64,000 bases of DNA, from NCBI RefSeq assembly GCF_037042905.1, contig NC_087250.1, positions 17,424,001 to 17,488,000 on the forward strand, given 5' to 3'. Of the stretch, positions 48,487 through 60,394 are shown in pieces (position 1 is the first letter of the stretch; every line of letters starts with the position of its first letter). Below the pieces are notes generated by a model, which did no database searches, was not told where the DNA came from, and saw only the letters and a program-made list of their open reading frames with translations. A program made the position numbers and the translations under genes. Origin of the DNA: Lytechinus pictus. Its lineage: Eukaryota.

Positions 48487-49916
48487 CAGGCGCGTAGCCA
48501 GGGGCGGGCGGTGGGGGCAGTCGCCCCCCCCAAAACGTCCCCAAAAAGAAAAAAAAAGAAGAGAAAAAGAGAGGAGAAAAGGAAAAGCGAAGGGAAGAAA
48601 GGGAAAAGGGTAGCTTTGTGGGTTTTTTCTTTTTATTTTATTTTTTTTCTCAAAAGAGAAACTCCTTCACTCTTGCTCTAAATTTCTATTTTTGCTTCCG
48701 CGCTGCGCGCGGTTAAATGACAATATTGCAGTTCTCCATTGTTTCCCCCACCCTTTCTCTAACCTTGTTTTTCCACCTCAGCTATATGTGTTTCTTGCCA
48801 GTTAAAGTTCAAATGTATACATTAGGGCATGGAATTAGAGTAAGGTTAGGCCGAAATATGAAGTTACCTTTTTTTTTATTTATCGCGCAACTTCTGGTCG
48901 GGTCGGCTCCGGGCAGGTAAAATCTTTATATCAATTTCTGCCGTCACCTCCATATAGGCAAATTCTCCCGCTTTTCATCTCATCACTAAACAACCATAAT
49001 TTTGGGGCAAACAGGTTCCTAATTTAAAAAGAGGAAGGTATAAATTTCGTGTCGTATTAAATAAAAAAGTACAATATTTTTTTATCAAATTCTATTAAAC
49101 TTCATGTCATTTCCCTGCACATTCATCTCCTGTTTTGCGCCCTCAGATTGAAATTTTGAATGACAATTAAGTTTCTTTATCATTCAAAATGAAGCGCTTC
49201 AGGATAAGTCAAAGAAATTAGGCATCCTTTTTTATATAATTTCAATAAATCACAGAAGTTTCAACTTTTTGCGCACTATTTTCCTTGTAATGAAGTTCAA
49301 TAATCTTAGATAATCAATTGAATTAGAGCCAATGTGGTATTAGAGATATCTGCATTTGATGAAACGTCCGCCCTTTAAAATTTCAGAGTTTCATTGCTCT
49401 GCGCGGGGAGGAATATCGTCCTCCCGGCATATACACTTCTCCTCTGTTTTGCGAATTAAAGATATGCACTGTCGCTAATTGTTTGTAATCAAATCTGATC
49501 TTTCCAAGGGAAGTATTCCATATATCTTAGAGAATACCCTTTTCTTGGAACCCTTTTCTTTGAAAAAAATGATAAAACGCTTTAGCTTCCGCGCTTCGCG
49601 CGGGGTTATTATTACTTTAATTTCCTCCATTGTATTCCTTTTTTGTGCGTTCACAATCACTTTCGAAAACAAGGTTCAAAATCACAATATAGTCAACTGA
49701 ATTGGAGCTGATATAGGTACTAGAGACAAGAGAGACGGCTCCTATTTTCATTTTAATTTATGAGACACCAAAAGCTTCGCGCTTCGCGCGGGAAGGGGAA
49801 ACTCCCCCTCCCTGCACCCACCCCCTAGGGAGCGCGCTTCGCGCGCTCTGTAAGTGTTGGCACGCTTCGCGTGCATTTACCGCCCCCTCCAAAATGAAAT
49901 CCTGGCTACGCGGTTG
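48487..49916. mobile_element. hAT-like non-autonomous element
   Basis: TIRs CAGGCGCGTAGCCAGG / CCTGGCTACGCGGTTG, exact 8-bp TSD CACGGGAC, and internal repeats of GCGCTTCGCGCG. Confidence 0.85.
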
Positions 49917-49988
49917 CACGGGACTAGCGTGATTTATGGTCTAAATATTTCTCCAAATGAATTGTGAAAACAGAAATTATGCACTTAC

Positions 49989-50034
49989 CACGATTATATG
50001 GATGAAGGTCTAATGAGTGGCAGTTTCCTGACAT
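49989..50034 (-). CDS. C2H2 zinc-finger gene, probable coding exon 1
   Basis: ATG at 50034 reads MSGNCHSLDLHPYNR, then a strong GTAAGT donor. Phase 1 joins exon 2 in frame. The exon could instead be 5'UTR, with initiation at MAST in exon 2. Confidence 0.55.
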
Positions 50035-50099
50035 CGAGGCACAGACTGGAACTTCAAAAAAACGAAAAGTTCTCTCCTTCTACCCCCGTCTCGATCGGC

Positions 50100-50617
50100 C
50101 ATTTTTGTTATGAATCTTAATCTTATAATGTAATCTAATTTTAAAAATCAGCACGAACGTATCTATAAAATTTGATTTTAAACGCTTACCTCCAAATCTC
50201 AGCCAGTTACTCCGTCCGATCCTTAATACTGCGGTGGAAATTACGCAAACAACAATCGAAATGCGAATTTTTCCTATCGAACAGTCAAGATTCAAGTCGC
50301 CGGCGCATAATAGGAAATCGTACCAAAAAAATCAACAGGTTGCATGTCACGTATAATCGCTGATGGCGCTACATCATAAAATAACGGTGAACAGCGAAAA
50401 AAATGCGGAGCGCCTAGAACGCAACCAGCAGTACAGCTGATCTGACGTCAACGACGCAAACAAGCAAGTTTATTAAATAATTTCGCGCGCCCTCTCTGTG
50501 CGTATAGAGAGAACCAGCGAATCGGCCCCATGCCTGCTTCGACATCAAGAAAAATCATCGATATAAAGTACCAGAAAGACAGAGGAATTGAAATTGGCTT
50601 CATATCGTTTGGTAAGT
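50100..50617. promoter_or_regulatory. Probable divergent promoter region
   Basis: CpG-richer island lying between the minus-strand first exon (donor at 49988) and a plus-strand GTAAGT donor at 50612; contains a CRE TGACGTCA at 50443-50450 and an E2F-like TTTCGCGCGC at 50481-50490. Confidence 0.5.
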
Positions 50618-51967
50618 TTCATATCCAAAGCTTATCTCACATTAAATAGGTATCTATTTCTAATTTTTACAATAGACGAATAAACGTATTGCAAGTGCCG
50701 TGCCAGTGGTTATCCTCACCCAAGGGTTCATTACATGCCGCCGCGCACAGAAAATTCAAGCCATAGAACTAGAACTTAGAAGTCGTGTGTTGTGGACCCA
50801 AGAAGTGAGATCCCAGCACACGCGACCCACTAGTACGGGCACTAGTTAGAAATCCACTGCCAAACGCGGTTCGTGGTGCGAGGTTAGTATACTAATACTA
50901 ACCTCGCAATACGTGTGAGTGTGGTTATCCTGTGGCAGTGCACGGCGGTGGTAATGTACCCGTGGGTGGGCTCAGCTCAGCCGCGGCCTGACATCAGTGC
51001 AGTGCATGCAGTGTTGGAATTGCACGGGAGCGGAGTGGGAGGAGAATGGGGGAGGTGTCTGAGTCACAACAACAGGCAAAGCTCACCTTCACAAATTACA
51101 GACGACGAATATTTTCAGCTGCCTTTAACAGATCTTGATCTATCTCTGATCTCATTTCTTTTGGACGTCAGAAAACTGAGAAAAGAAGCAACCACCAGCT
51201 TCAGATTCGATGCGTGATATTCTGAGGACTGAGGCCTGGCTTGGTAAAAAAATAGGTGATTCCCCTTCCGATTTTTAACAGCATAAGCAGTTCGTCGCTC
51301 AGTCAACTGAAAATTCAAGATGGATGTCATATCATGACGTCATGATCATGGATAGGTCCATGTACTTGCATGATGCACAACCAAAGTATACCTAGTCTAC
51401 AACTGTAGACCCACATCTGCAGTGTGTGTATCACAGCTGATTCAAGGAGTCTGCATAGCAGACTAGCCATAGGTCTACTAGAGCCTGCAGATCTGGGTCT
51501 ACAACATGTTTGACCAATGTACACGAAACGTGTACACAAGGCGGAGCTTGCTGAAACCCTCCGTTGCCAGTAGATACCATGATTGACAGCAGATTTGTGG
51601 AAGTAGGGGCAAGAGAGGGATTAGGATCCAGCTGTTCTGACCATTTCTTATCTTGTGGAATTTAAACAAATAGGGTATACTCCTCTTTCACTTTTGGGGC
51701 TTGCTACATACACATAGGATCCATATACATGCATAGATACATATATGAATGTACTTGAGTAGTCAGGAGATGGAATGGTTTGGATGATAGGTCCATGATG
51801 ATACCAAAGTCTGTAAAATAGCTCATGGTTATAATAGCATATAGGGCATGTTTTGAAACATTTTTTGTTACAGCAAGGAACGTGTATGGAACTAATACAG
51901 TATATGAATGTGTAGAAGATGCCCTGATCACCCCCGGGTCTTTTATAAGTGACATGGAATAAACCTT

Positions 51968-52290
51968 GTCTTTTTCTCTCTTTCTCTTCCTTTCTTTCCT
52001 TTTTTTCTTTTTTCCTCTTTTCATTCTCTTTTGTTTTCTTTCTTTTTTCTCTCTTCTTTTTCTCTTTATATCTTCCTTTCTTTCCTTTCCTTTCTTCCTT
52101 TTTCTTTCTTTCATTCATTCATTTTTTCCTTCCTTTTTTTTCATTTTTATCTCTTTCTCTCTCTCTCTCTTTCTTTCTTTCATTCTTTCCCTTCCTCCTC
52201 CTTTCTTATTTTTTCTAATTTTATTTTCATTTTTATTTCATTTGCTCTCTCATTCTTCTTCCTTTCCTCCAATGTCCTGTTTTTTTTAAT
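51968..52290. repeat. Polypyrimidine (T/C) low-complexity tract
   Basis: About 320 bp almost entirely T and C on the plus strand. Confidence 0.9.
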
Positions 52291-52352
52291 GTTATTTATC
52301 ATCCTACGTGTATCTTTATCATTTCTACAATATAATGGAACTGATTGATTAA

Positions 52353-52948
52353 AGGACAAGTCCACCCCAACAAAACTTGATTTGAATAAAAAGAGAAAAA
52401 TTCAACAAGCATAACACTGAAAATTTCATCAAAATCGGATGTAAAATAAGAAAGTTATGACATTTAAAAGTTTCGCTTCATTTCACAAAACAGTTTGATA
52501 TGCACATCTCGGTCGGTATGCAAATGAGGGAACTGATGACATCACTCACTCACTATTTCTTTTGTATTTTATTATATGAAATGTGAAATATTTTTATTTT
52601 CTTGTCATTGTCATGGTGAAATGAAGTTTCATTCCTCCCTGAACACGTTTAACATTTTATGCTTCAGGCAAAGAGGTCCTAATCATCAAATTCGTAAAAA
52701 TTGAAATATTGTGTAATTCAAACAATAAAAAACAAAAGAAATATTGAGTGAGTGACATCATCGACTCTCTCATTTGGATGTAACTGGCTCGTTCATATAA
52801 CTATTTTGTTAAAAATAAGCGAAACTTGGAAATGTCATAACTTTCTTATTTTACATCCGATTTTGATGAAATTTTCAGCATTGCCAGGTGCTTGTCTGAT
52901 CTTTCTCTATTGATTCAAATCAACATTTTTCTGAGGTAGACTTGACCT
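52353..52948. mobile_element. Kolobok-like MITE, family 2 copy
   Basis: TTAA|AGGACAAGTCCACCCC ... GGTAGACTTGACCT|TTAA. Confidence 0.8.
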
Positions 52949-53718
52949 TTAATGAACCAAACCGTTTTCTAAAGTACAAAATAAGAAATTATATGAAATT
53001 TTAGCGTGCAACATTAACCTTATGTACTACTCACATAAGATATGACTTGTTCTCCTTTCTTATACCCTCTTTATTTCTTCCCCTTCCTTTCATTCTTGTT
53101 ATCTTTTCTTTCTCTTTCTCTTTGTCTCTTTTCTTCTTTTCCGTTCCTTCTTCTTACATTTTAATAAATTAAGTTTTGTTTGCCCTGCCATTAGCATTTA
53201 GTTTCACATTTTCTTTATAATTCTATTCTTTCGACTTCAATGTTTCCTTCTTCATTAAGCCTATTGTGAATGTTTTGATGTTTTGTTTTATGGCTAATAT
53301 CAAATAAAGATAAATTATATATATTTCATTTACAGATGAGATTCAGACATCCCCATTGCACATGAAATACAGGGGCCGCGGAAGCGGGGGGGGGGGTGAC
53401 CCCACTTTCAAAGCCGTGTACATAATCGTAAAAATGACCATATGATTGTGATTTTTTGCGTCATCAGCCCCCCCCCCCCTACTTTGAAAACCATTTCCAC
53501 GGCCCCTGAAATATACACTGTTCATCATCACACCGGACACCTAACCAATATGCAACTTTCACATCTTTGGCATCGACATTGCATGTGTTGACAAAGCTAA
53601 TTGTTTTCATATTCAGTTCATTCAGCAGGATTGACTGATTTAAATCACGTTGATTTTAATCGCGATTTAAATCGCGATTTAAATCACTGTGATCATTTTT
53701 TTCAAATCATTGATTTAA

Positions 53719-54477
53719 AGGTCATATCCACCCCAGAAAAAAAAGAGTTTAATTGAATAAACATAGAGAAAAATCAAACAAGAATAACGCTGGAAACTAC
53801 ATCAAAATCGGATGTAAAATAGTTTATGATAACATTTTAAAGTTTCGCTTATTTTTCACAAAACAGATGGGTGTTTTATAAAGCTGTTCGTAAGTTAAGA
53901 GCGACTTTAAGAACGATTTGAGATCCTTTCTTGTGGTAAATTGTATATACATTGGCGATGGTTTATCGCGTAAGAAGTGTTCACCAGTCGTTCTTTAAGT
54001 CGCTCTTAACTTGTGAACAGCTTTATGAAACGGCCCCGAGTTATAATGACAATTCAGTGATATGAAAATTAGAGAGTCGATGATGTCACTCACTCACTAT
54101 TGCTTTTGCATTTTTACTGTTTGAATTATACAACATTTCAATTTTTACGAATTTAACAAATAGGACCCTCTTGTTTGAACTACTAAATGTTAAAACAATG
54201 TAATCCCACATGGTCAGGGAGGAATGATTTTTTTTCATAAAAATATTTCATATTTCACATAATAAAATACAACGAAAAAATGAGTGATGTCATCGCCATA
54301 ATTTGCATACCGACAAGGATTTGCATATAACCACGGTTTTGTGAAATTAAGCAAAAATTTTAATCGTCATTACTTTCTTCTTTTAGATCGGATTTTGATG
54401 AAATTTTCAGCGTTATGCTTGTCTGATTTTCTCTTACTATTCAAAGCAGCTTTTTGTTGGGGTGCATGACTTTTCCT
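53719..54477. mobile_element. Kolobok-like MITE, family 2 copy carrying a nested foldback MITE (about 53868-54038)
   Basis: TTAA-flanked TIRs; the internal insert matches the element at 733-860 plus 1430-1474. Confidence 0.75.
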
Positions 54478-55388
54478 TTAAATCATTTCCATTGAAACAT
54501 GTACAAATTATTTGGGATTTTTTATTGTTTGTGGCAGTTTTACTTTTTAAATTAAAAAGAGAAAGATTTTACCAACTTTATATATGAGAACAGGAATAAA
54601 TCCTTCATATCTACTCAGAACAATTGAAATCAAATCAATGAAATCAAGTCAATCTTGCAAAACCAAAGAGGAACATGTAGCCTACATTATATGCGACCCC
54701 TACTCAACTTGTATGTATGAGTAGACTTTGTTAATAGTAAAACAAATTTCTTGTTTCTTTATGTCAAAATTCAAAAGTGTTTTAGAGGGCAGTTTTCAAG
54801 AAAGTAAAGGAACTCTGAACTTATTAGGCTGAATCTCAACATGATAGATTTTTGCCAGGATGGGTTATAACCATGGATCCTATACTAGAAAAAGCCTGTT
54901 CAGACATTCTGAGTAGGATTGTGCTTCATTCAGCCAGTTCACTGAAAAAGGTTCAGTAATTAAGTACATGTACATTTATTTTAAAATATGTATGAATGTT
55001 CTTGGCAAAGGGCACTAACATGACTAAATCATAACAACTATACATTTTAGTGCCCTTTGCCAAAATGATTTATGTTTGTACATTTTTAAGTGAATATTTT
55101 GAATTGAGTACAATAAAAGTAAAAATCGGCAACGTCCCTGCTTACCCAATACACCAATATTTTAACATTTCTATTCCTTTACATGTTCCTGTATTCAAAT
55201 AAATAGGCCGACACAGTAGTATAAGGGAACCCGTTTTCTTATTTTAGCAAAACTGCTGCTAAAATACTAGTTTTCCAGTTTATTGTAAACGAAATCATTT
55301 AAATCAACTTGCAAGTTTGTCAAAACTTTGCAAGCCAATGCTTTGAAACAGTCAAATAGTTCCAACTATGGCTCAAAGAAGAACTTAA

Positions 55389-55987
55389 AGGAATTGTCCA
55401 GGCTGGAGAAATTATGATACATGTATCAATAAATAAAGTAAAATTCACAGAGTAAAATACTGAAATTTGATCAAAATCGGATAACAAATAACAAAGTTAT
55501 TGAATTTTAAAGATTTCTTTTCGATTTTTCCGGTAAAACATTTCTAGGCATGTCTTCATGAATATCCGTTAGTTGGGCTTATGATGGCATATCTCCACTT
55601 GTTCTTTTGATTATGATTATGTGAAATTAGGTTTATTAAAAAGGAATTTACCAAGAACTAAAAACAATTGAATTGGCAACTAATTAAGTACATTAGTTAT
55701 TTATTGCCGCAACTTATTTCATCATAATGGAGACACATTATTTACACATGTATAAAAAAAAAATGAAACAATTATGATTTCATGTTATAAGAAAAAGGAA
55801 AGAGGGGATGTGACATCATCAACCCACCAAATGAACATTCATGACGATGTAAATATAACTGTTTTCACAAAATACTGATAAACTTTAAAATACAATAACT
55901 TTGTTATTTGTCATCCAATTTTGGTGAAATTTTCATCATTTTACTCTATTTATTTAGATCTGAATATTTTCAGCCCGGTCCATTCCT
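55389..55987. mobile_element. Kolobok-like MITE, family 1 copy
   Basis: TTAA|AGGAATTGTCCAGGCTG ... CAGCCCGGTCCATTCCT|TTAA. Confidence 0.8.
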
Positions 55988-56959
55988 TTAAGGTTGATAC
56001 AAACAAAAATAAATGCAGTCGGTCAAAGCTTTGAAAGCCAATGCTTTGAAACAGTCGTTCCAACTGTGGCTCAAAGAACAACTTGGGGTTGAAACAAACA
56101 AAAGATAAATGCAGTTTTCTTTAACATGTATGATCTTCAATCCTTGACCTGAAAATAAAATTTAAAAAATATATCTCTTTGGAGAACTTGAATCTCTGAG
56201 TCATGGAATTCTTCCAAATAAACTGATCCTCATTAAATACCAAGAGCTTTGAAAATGAGCACCAACTTTGCATGTTTGCAGCATTAGCTGTACCAAGACA
56301 GTTATGTACTTTAGACACAGCAGAAAATGTCAGCTTCTTTATGGCTTTAATATTTTCTATAAATTATATTTTGACTGGATTTGATTATGAAATAGTTAAG
56401 AATAATTTTGGTGGTGAAATGCATAATTTTAAAATTGATGTCAGTGTGAAGGGTTATATTTTGGGTGTTTGCACTTTGTTAAAAAAAAAATTGTTAGAAA
56501 AAATCAGATTGAAATTTAAAAAAATCTGATTTAAATCAAATAGATCCGATTTAGGCTTATATAAAAAAATTGCCAACATTTTCATTCAGCATACTTTTGA
56601 GTTTGAAAGTACCTGATTATCAATCACATACATTATGGCTGGCATAAAAACACTTTTAATACAAAGGTGAACGAATGTTGCTGGGCATGACAACTTACAC
56701 AAGGCTAATTAAGGCTAATTAATATCAAACTGAGCTAACATAACAGTAAAACAGGTTGAATACAGTAGCATGGAGAAGTGACTACAAATACAAGGTCCAA
56801 TCAAGAAACTATGGTTAGAAATTAATTCCAAACAGGAACAAAATAAAACATAGCTATCCTGTTTGATTAAAAGTATGATAGTTTACAAACTTACAATCGT
56901 GAAATTTAAGATTTTCATTTTGTAAACTATCATATTTAATATGTAAGTTCTGAATTTTA

Positions 56960-57760
56960 TGAGAATGGTGTTTTTTAGTTTGATATTTTGGGTTTTAAGT
57001 ACCATATGATAAATGTTTTAAGGAATACTGGTTTAATTTACAAACTTAAGCTTAGTTTGCTTCATAAAAATCTGATAACTTTATACCATTCCATGATTTT
57101 CTCTTATTTAAAATATTGCAATACCAATGTAACCTCATATAAATTGGACTCAATATTCAAAAGAAATGTTTAAGAATAATTACCTATTCTAATAGCACCA
57201 TCCGCACCTTTATTTAATAAGCGAGAACTCACAATATTTATCTATAAGTTCAAGAAGAGGTAGTTGTTACCCATGTAGTTTTCAGATATTTTTCAATGCA
57301 ATAATCAAGTTCATAACCATAATACCCGTTCTTCCAATAAATTTCATTTATGGTCTATTAGGTCTATAGTCACGAAGCTGAGTTATGTAGGTCAATGGAA
57401 TGAGATTCCCCAAATAATAACTAATTCACAATTTATATATTCTTTTAGAAAACAGTATTCAAATTTTCTAGTAAATTATTATTAATTCTCACACATGATA
57501 TCAATGCATACTTGTAACGTATCTACCCCCCTCAACTCGTGTTTTTTCCCTCCTTTTTATATACACTATTAACTATAATGATATGATATTCTGTTTTGTA
57601 TTAATGTTGTTTTGTTTTTACTATGTTTTGGCGAGCCTCACATGTTTCTTATTACCTTCATGGGAAGCCACGCAATTTATTTTTATTATCTAATCACATT
57701 ATTTGATGTTTCCTTGTATTTTTATCCTATTTGCGAAATAAAGATTGAATTGAATTGAAT
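56960..57760 (+). mobile_element. Degenerate 5'-truncated L2/Crack-type LINE fragment
   Basis: Broken ORF2 C-terminus (LITLYHSMIFSYLKYC, cf. LFLLYNSLVLPYITYC in the intact ORF2), then AATAAA and a (TTGAA)n tail. Confidence 0.75.
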
Positions 57761-59759
57761 ATATATATATAGAGCTATGATAAAACCATCCACTATTTTG
57801 GGCCATGGAGCAAGGTTTTGGCCATACATGCAGCTGCTCAGTGGAATGTCATACGTAAACACTGTCTGATGGCCTGAGCGAGGGTATTACATAATAACCC
57901 TGCTCATGGCTCTGTGGTTGAAGTAGGGGATTATCTATACTCCTCAGTGGTCATAAAATTTGGTTTACAGACAGATGAAGTTATCCAATGAAAGCTCTCT
58001 GAAATTTTGGGTGGGTGGGACTTATTTTGACCGTGGGAACAAGATTTCCAAAGAAGAAGCAGACTCTGAAATGGCTCGCTTCGCTCGCCCTTTCAGGCTG
58101 GTTTGCTTCGCAAACCAGCTGCAGATCCCACTTCACGAGCCATTCAGAGTCTGCATAGCAGACTAAAGTATACCGGGAGAGAAGTCAGATCGGAGTTCAG
58201 GTTCAAACCCCAGCTGCTTATCAGGACAGACCAAAATAAAAAGAGTAAGAGTAGACGTTTTGTGAAAACAATGTTTGGCGTTCAAGAATACAAGGCCAAT
58301 TAAGGGATCAGTGGCGTACCTAGGATTTTCCAGGATTTTCGTCAGGGGGGGCAAAAAGGTCTTTCAAGCTCGTCAGGGGGCAGGGATACATGCATGGGTG
58401 GTGGCTCGTCAGGGGGGCAGACTGCCCCTCTGCCCTCCCCCCCCCCCCCCCCCGTATGTACGCTAGTGCAAGGGATAGAGATCCCGGTAGAGATCTCGAG
58501 CTACGTGGCTGCACAGTGGTTGTCGGGCCCCTTACTCCAGACTGGAGATATTTATATCTTAATAAATAAAATAAAATTCACAGAGCAAAACGCTGAAAAT
58601 TTCATCAAAATCAGATAACAAAGTTATTGAAGTTTAAAATCAAGCAATATTTTGTGAAAACAGTATATGCACGTCGCCATGAATATATTCATAAGGTGGG
58701 CTGATGATGTCGGTTCCCCACTTATGAAATCATAATTCTTTAATTGTTTCATACATGTGTAAATGATGTGCCTCCATTATGACGAAATAAGTTGCAGCTA
58801 TAAATAACTAATGCACTTAATTATTTGTCAATCGCATTGTATTAGTTCTGTAGAAAATTTTGAATAAACCTAATTTCATAAAATACAAAAGAACAAGTGG
58901 GATATGACATCAACAGCCCACCTAAATATTCACGAATATGTGCCTGGAATTGTTTCACCACACTGCAAAAACTCCGGTGTTGATTTAACACCAGCCCGGA
59001 ATCTATATATGTCCAAACCAGAGAAGTATTGAAACAACACCAGTTTGGAATCAAGCCGATGCTGTTTTAATACTAATGGGTGTTGTACAAACACCTACCT
59101 GGCAAAACAAAACTGGTGTTGTTTGGCACTTCTCCGTTGTGGACATAATAAATTCCGGGCTGGTGTTAAATCGTCACCAGAGTTTTTGCAGTGCGGGAAA
59201 TTGCAAATTTTTTAAATTCAATAACTTTGTTATTTATCCGATTTTGATCAAATTTTCAGCATTTTGCTCTGTGAATTTTATATTTATTTGAGATATAAAT
59301 ATCTCTATCCTGGACCATCCCTTTCAAAAGCGTTAGTTGGCGTACGTTGGGTCGATCTCCGTAGGGGGCCACAGCATGACTTGTGGGAAAATTTTCTAAA
59401 ACGACGTGAAGTGATCAAGCAATTTTTTGTTAACTAAAATTTTATTTTACGTTTGTGATAGATCAGTATTATAAAGCATTCACTCCTTTTCCGCCCCCCC
59501 CCCTTTCTTTCCCTCAGTTCTGGAAGTTCATTTTCTCTTAATTTTGGGGGTCGTATGTATAGGATTGTGCCGTCACGTTTAGAGGGAATTCCACCCAAAT
59601 AAAAAGTTGAATTTCAATAAAAAGAAAAATGCAAAATAGGATAAAGTGAGGATTGAAGTTACGTCATTTTAAAATGTGCATGTATTCATTCATAATATTT
59701 TACATATTATCATGTCACCGTGGTTGCATTTGCTGCCCCACGGAAAGTCAGTTAATTCC

Positions 59760-60175
59760 ATCGACTTCTAACTCATCTGCCAGGGGGGGGGGGGCTAGAG
59801 AATTTCTATAATTTCTCTTCGCACTGCGGTTTTATGTAGTTTTACTTATTGTTTTTTTTTTTCATTTTAATTATGTATGTTATTTGTTGTATTATCTATT
59901 TTTTGAGGGGCCCACATTGTACAAGCATTGCTTTTTAGTGGGTCCCCCCCCCCCCCATTTCCATCTTAATTTAATTTCTATTGAAAAATAGTATACATAT
60001 TTAAAACCTACAATGTGTTGCCCAAATTGTCTAAGTGTTTTTTCACAACATATGTATCATTAATTTTTTTTTTTTGCAACGGATACAAATATTTATGTTT
60101 ATATATGGTATACAATTTGTTTTTGTTTGATGGAAGTGAAATAAATAAATTTGAATTTGAAATTTGAATTTGAAT
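59760..60175 (+). mobile_element. LINE 3'UTR fragment
   Basis: Hairpin GGGGCCCAC...GTGGGTCCCC and an AATAAA-(TTTGAA)n tail. Confidence 0.55.
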
Positions 60176-60321
60176 GTTTTATTTTATGTGTTACTGTAAT
60201 TCTTTTAAATATTTTCATATTGTCTCACTTTAAATGTTTTTTGGTTGTTTTTTTATGTTCACGGACTTGCTGAAAAGCAGTCTGTTATGACTGAATGTAA
60301 GTTTTACCGTGATTAAATAAA

Positions 60322-60394
60322 TACAATACATACATACATACATACATACATACATACATACATACATACATACATACATACATACATACATACA
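60322..60394. repeat. (TACA)n microsatellite
   Basis: About 17 tandem TACA units, directly visible. Confidence 0.95.

Noticed and set aside
51648..52365. Several Lys/Glu/Arg-rich or Phe/Ser-rich ORFs of 60-156 aa
   Set aside because: These are artefacts of a stop-poor polypyrimidine tract.
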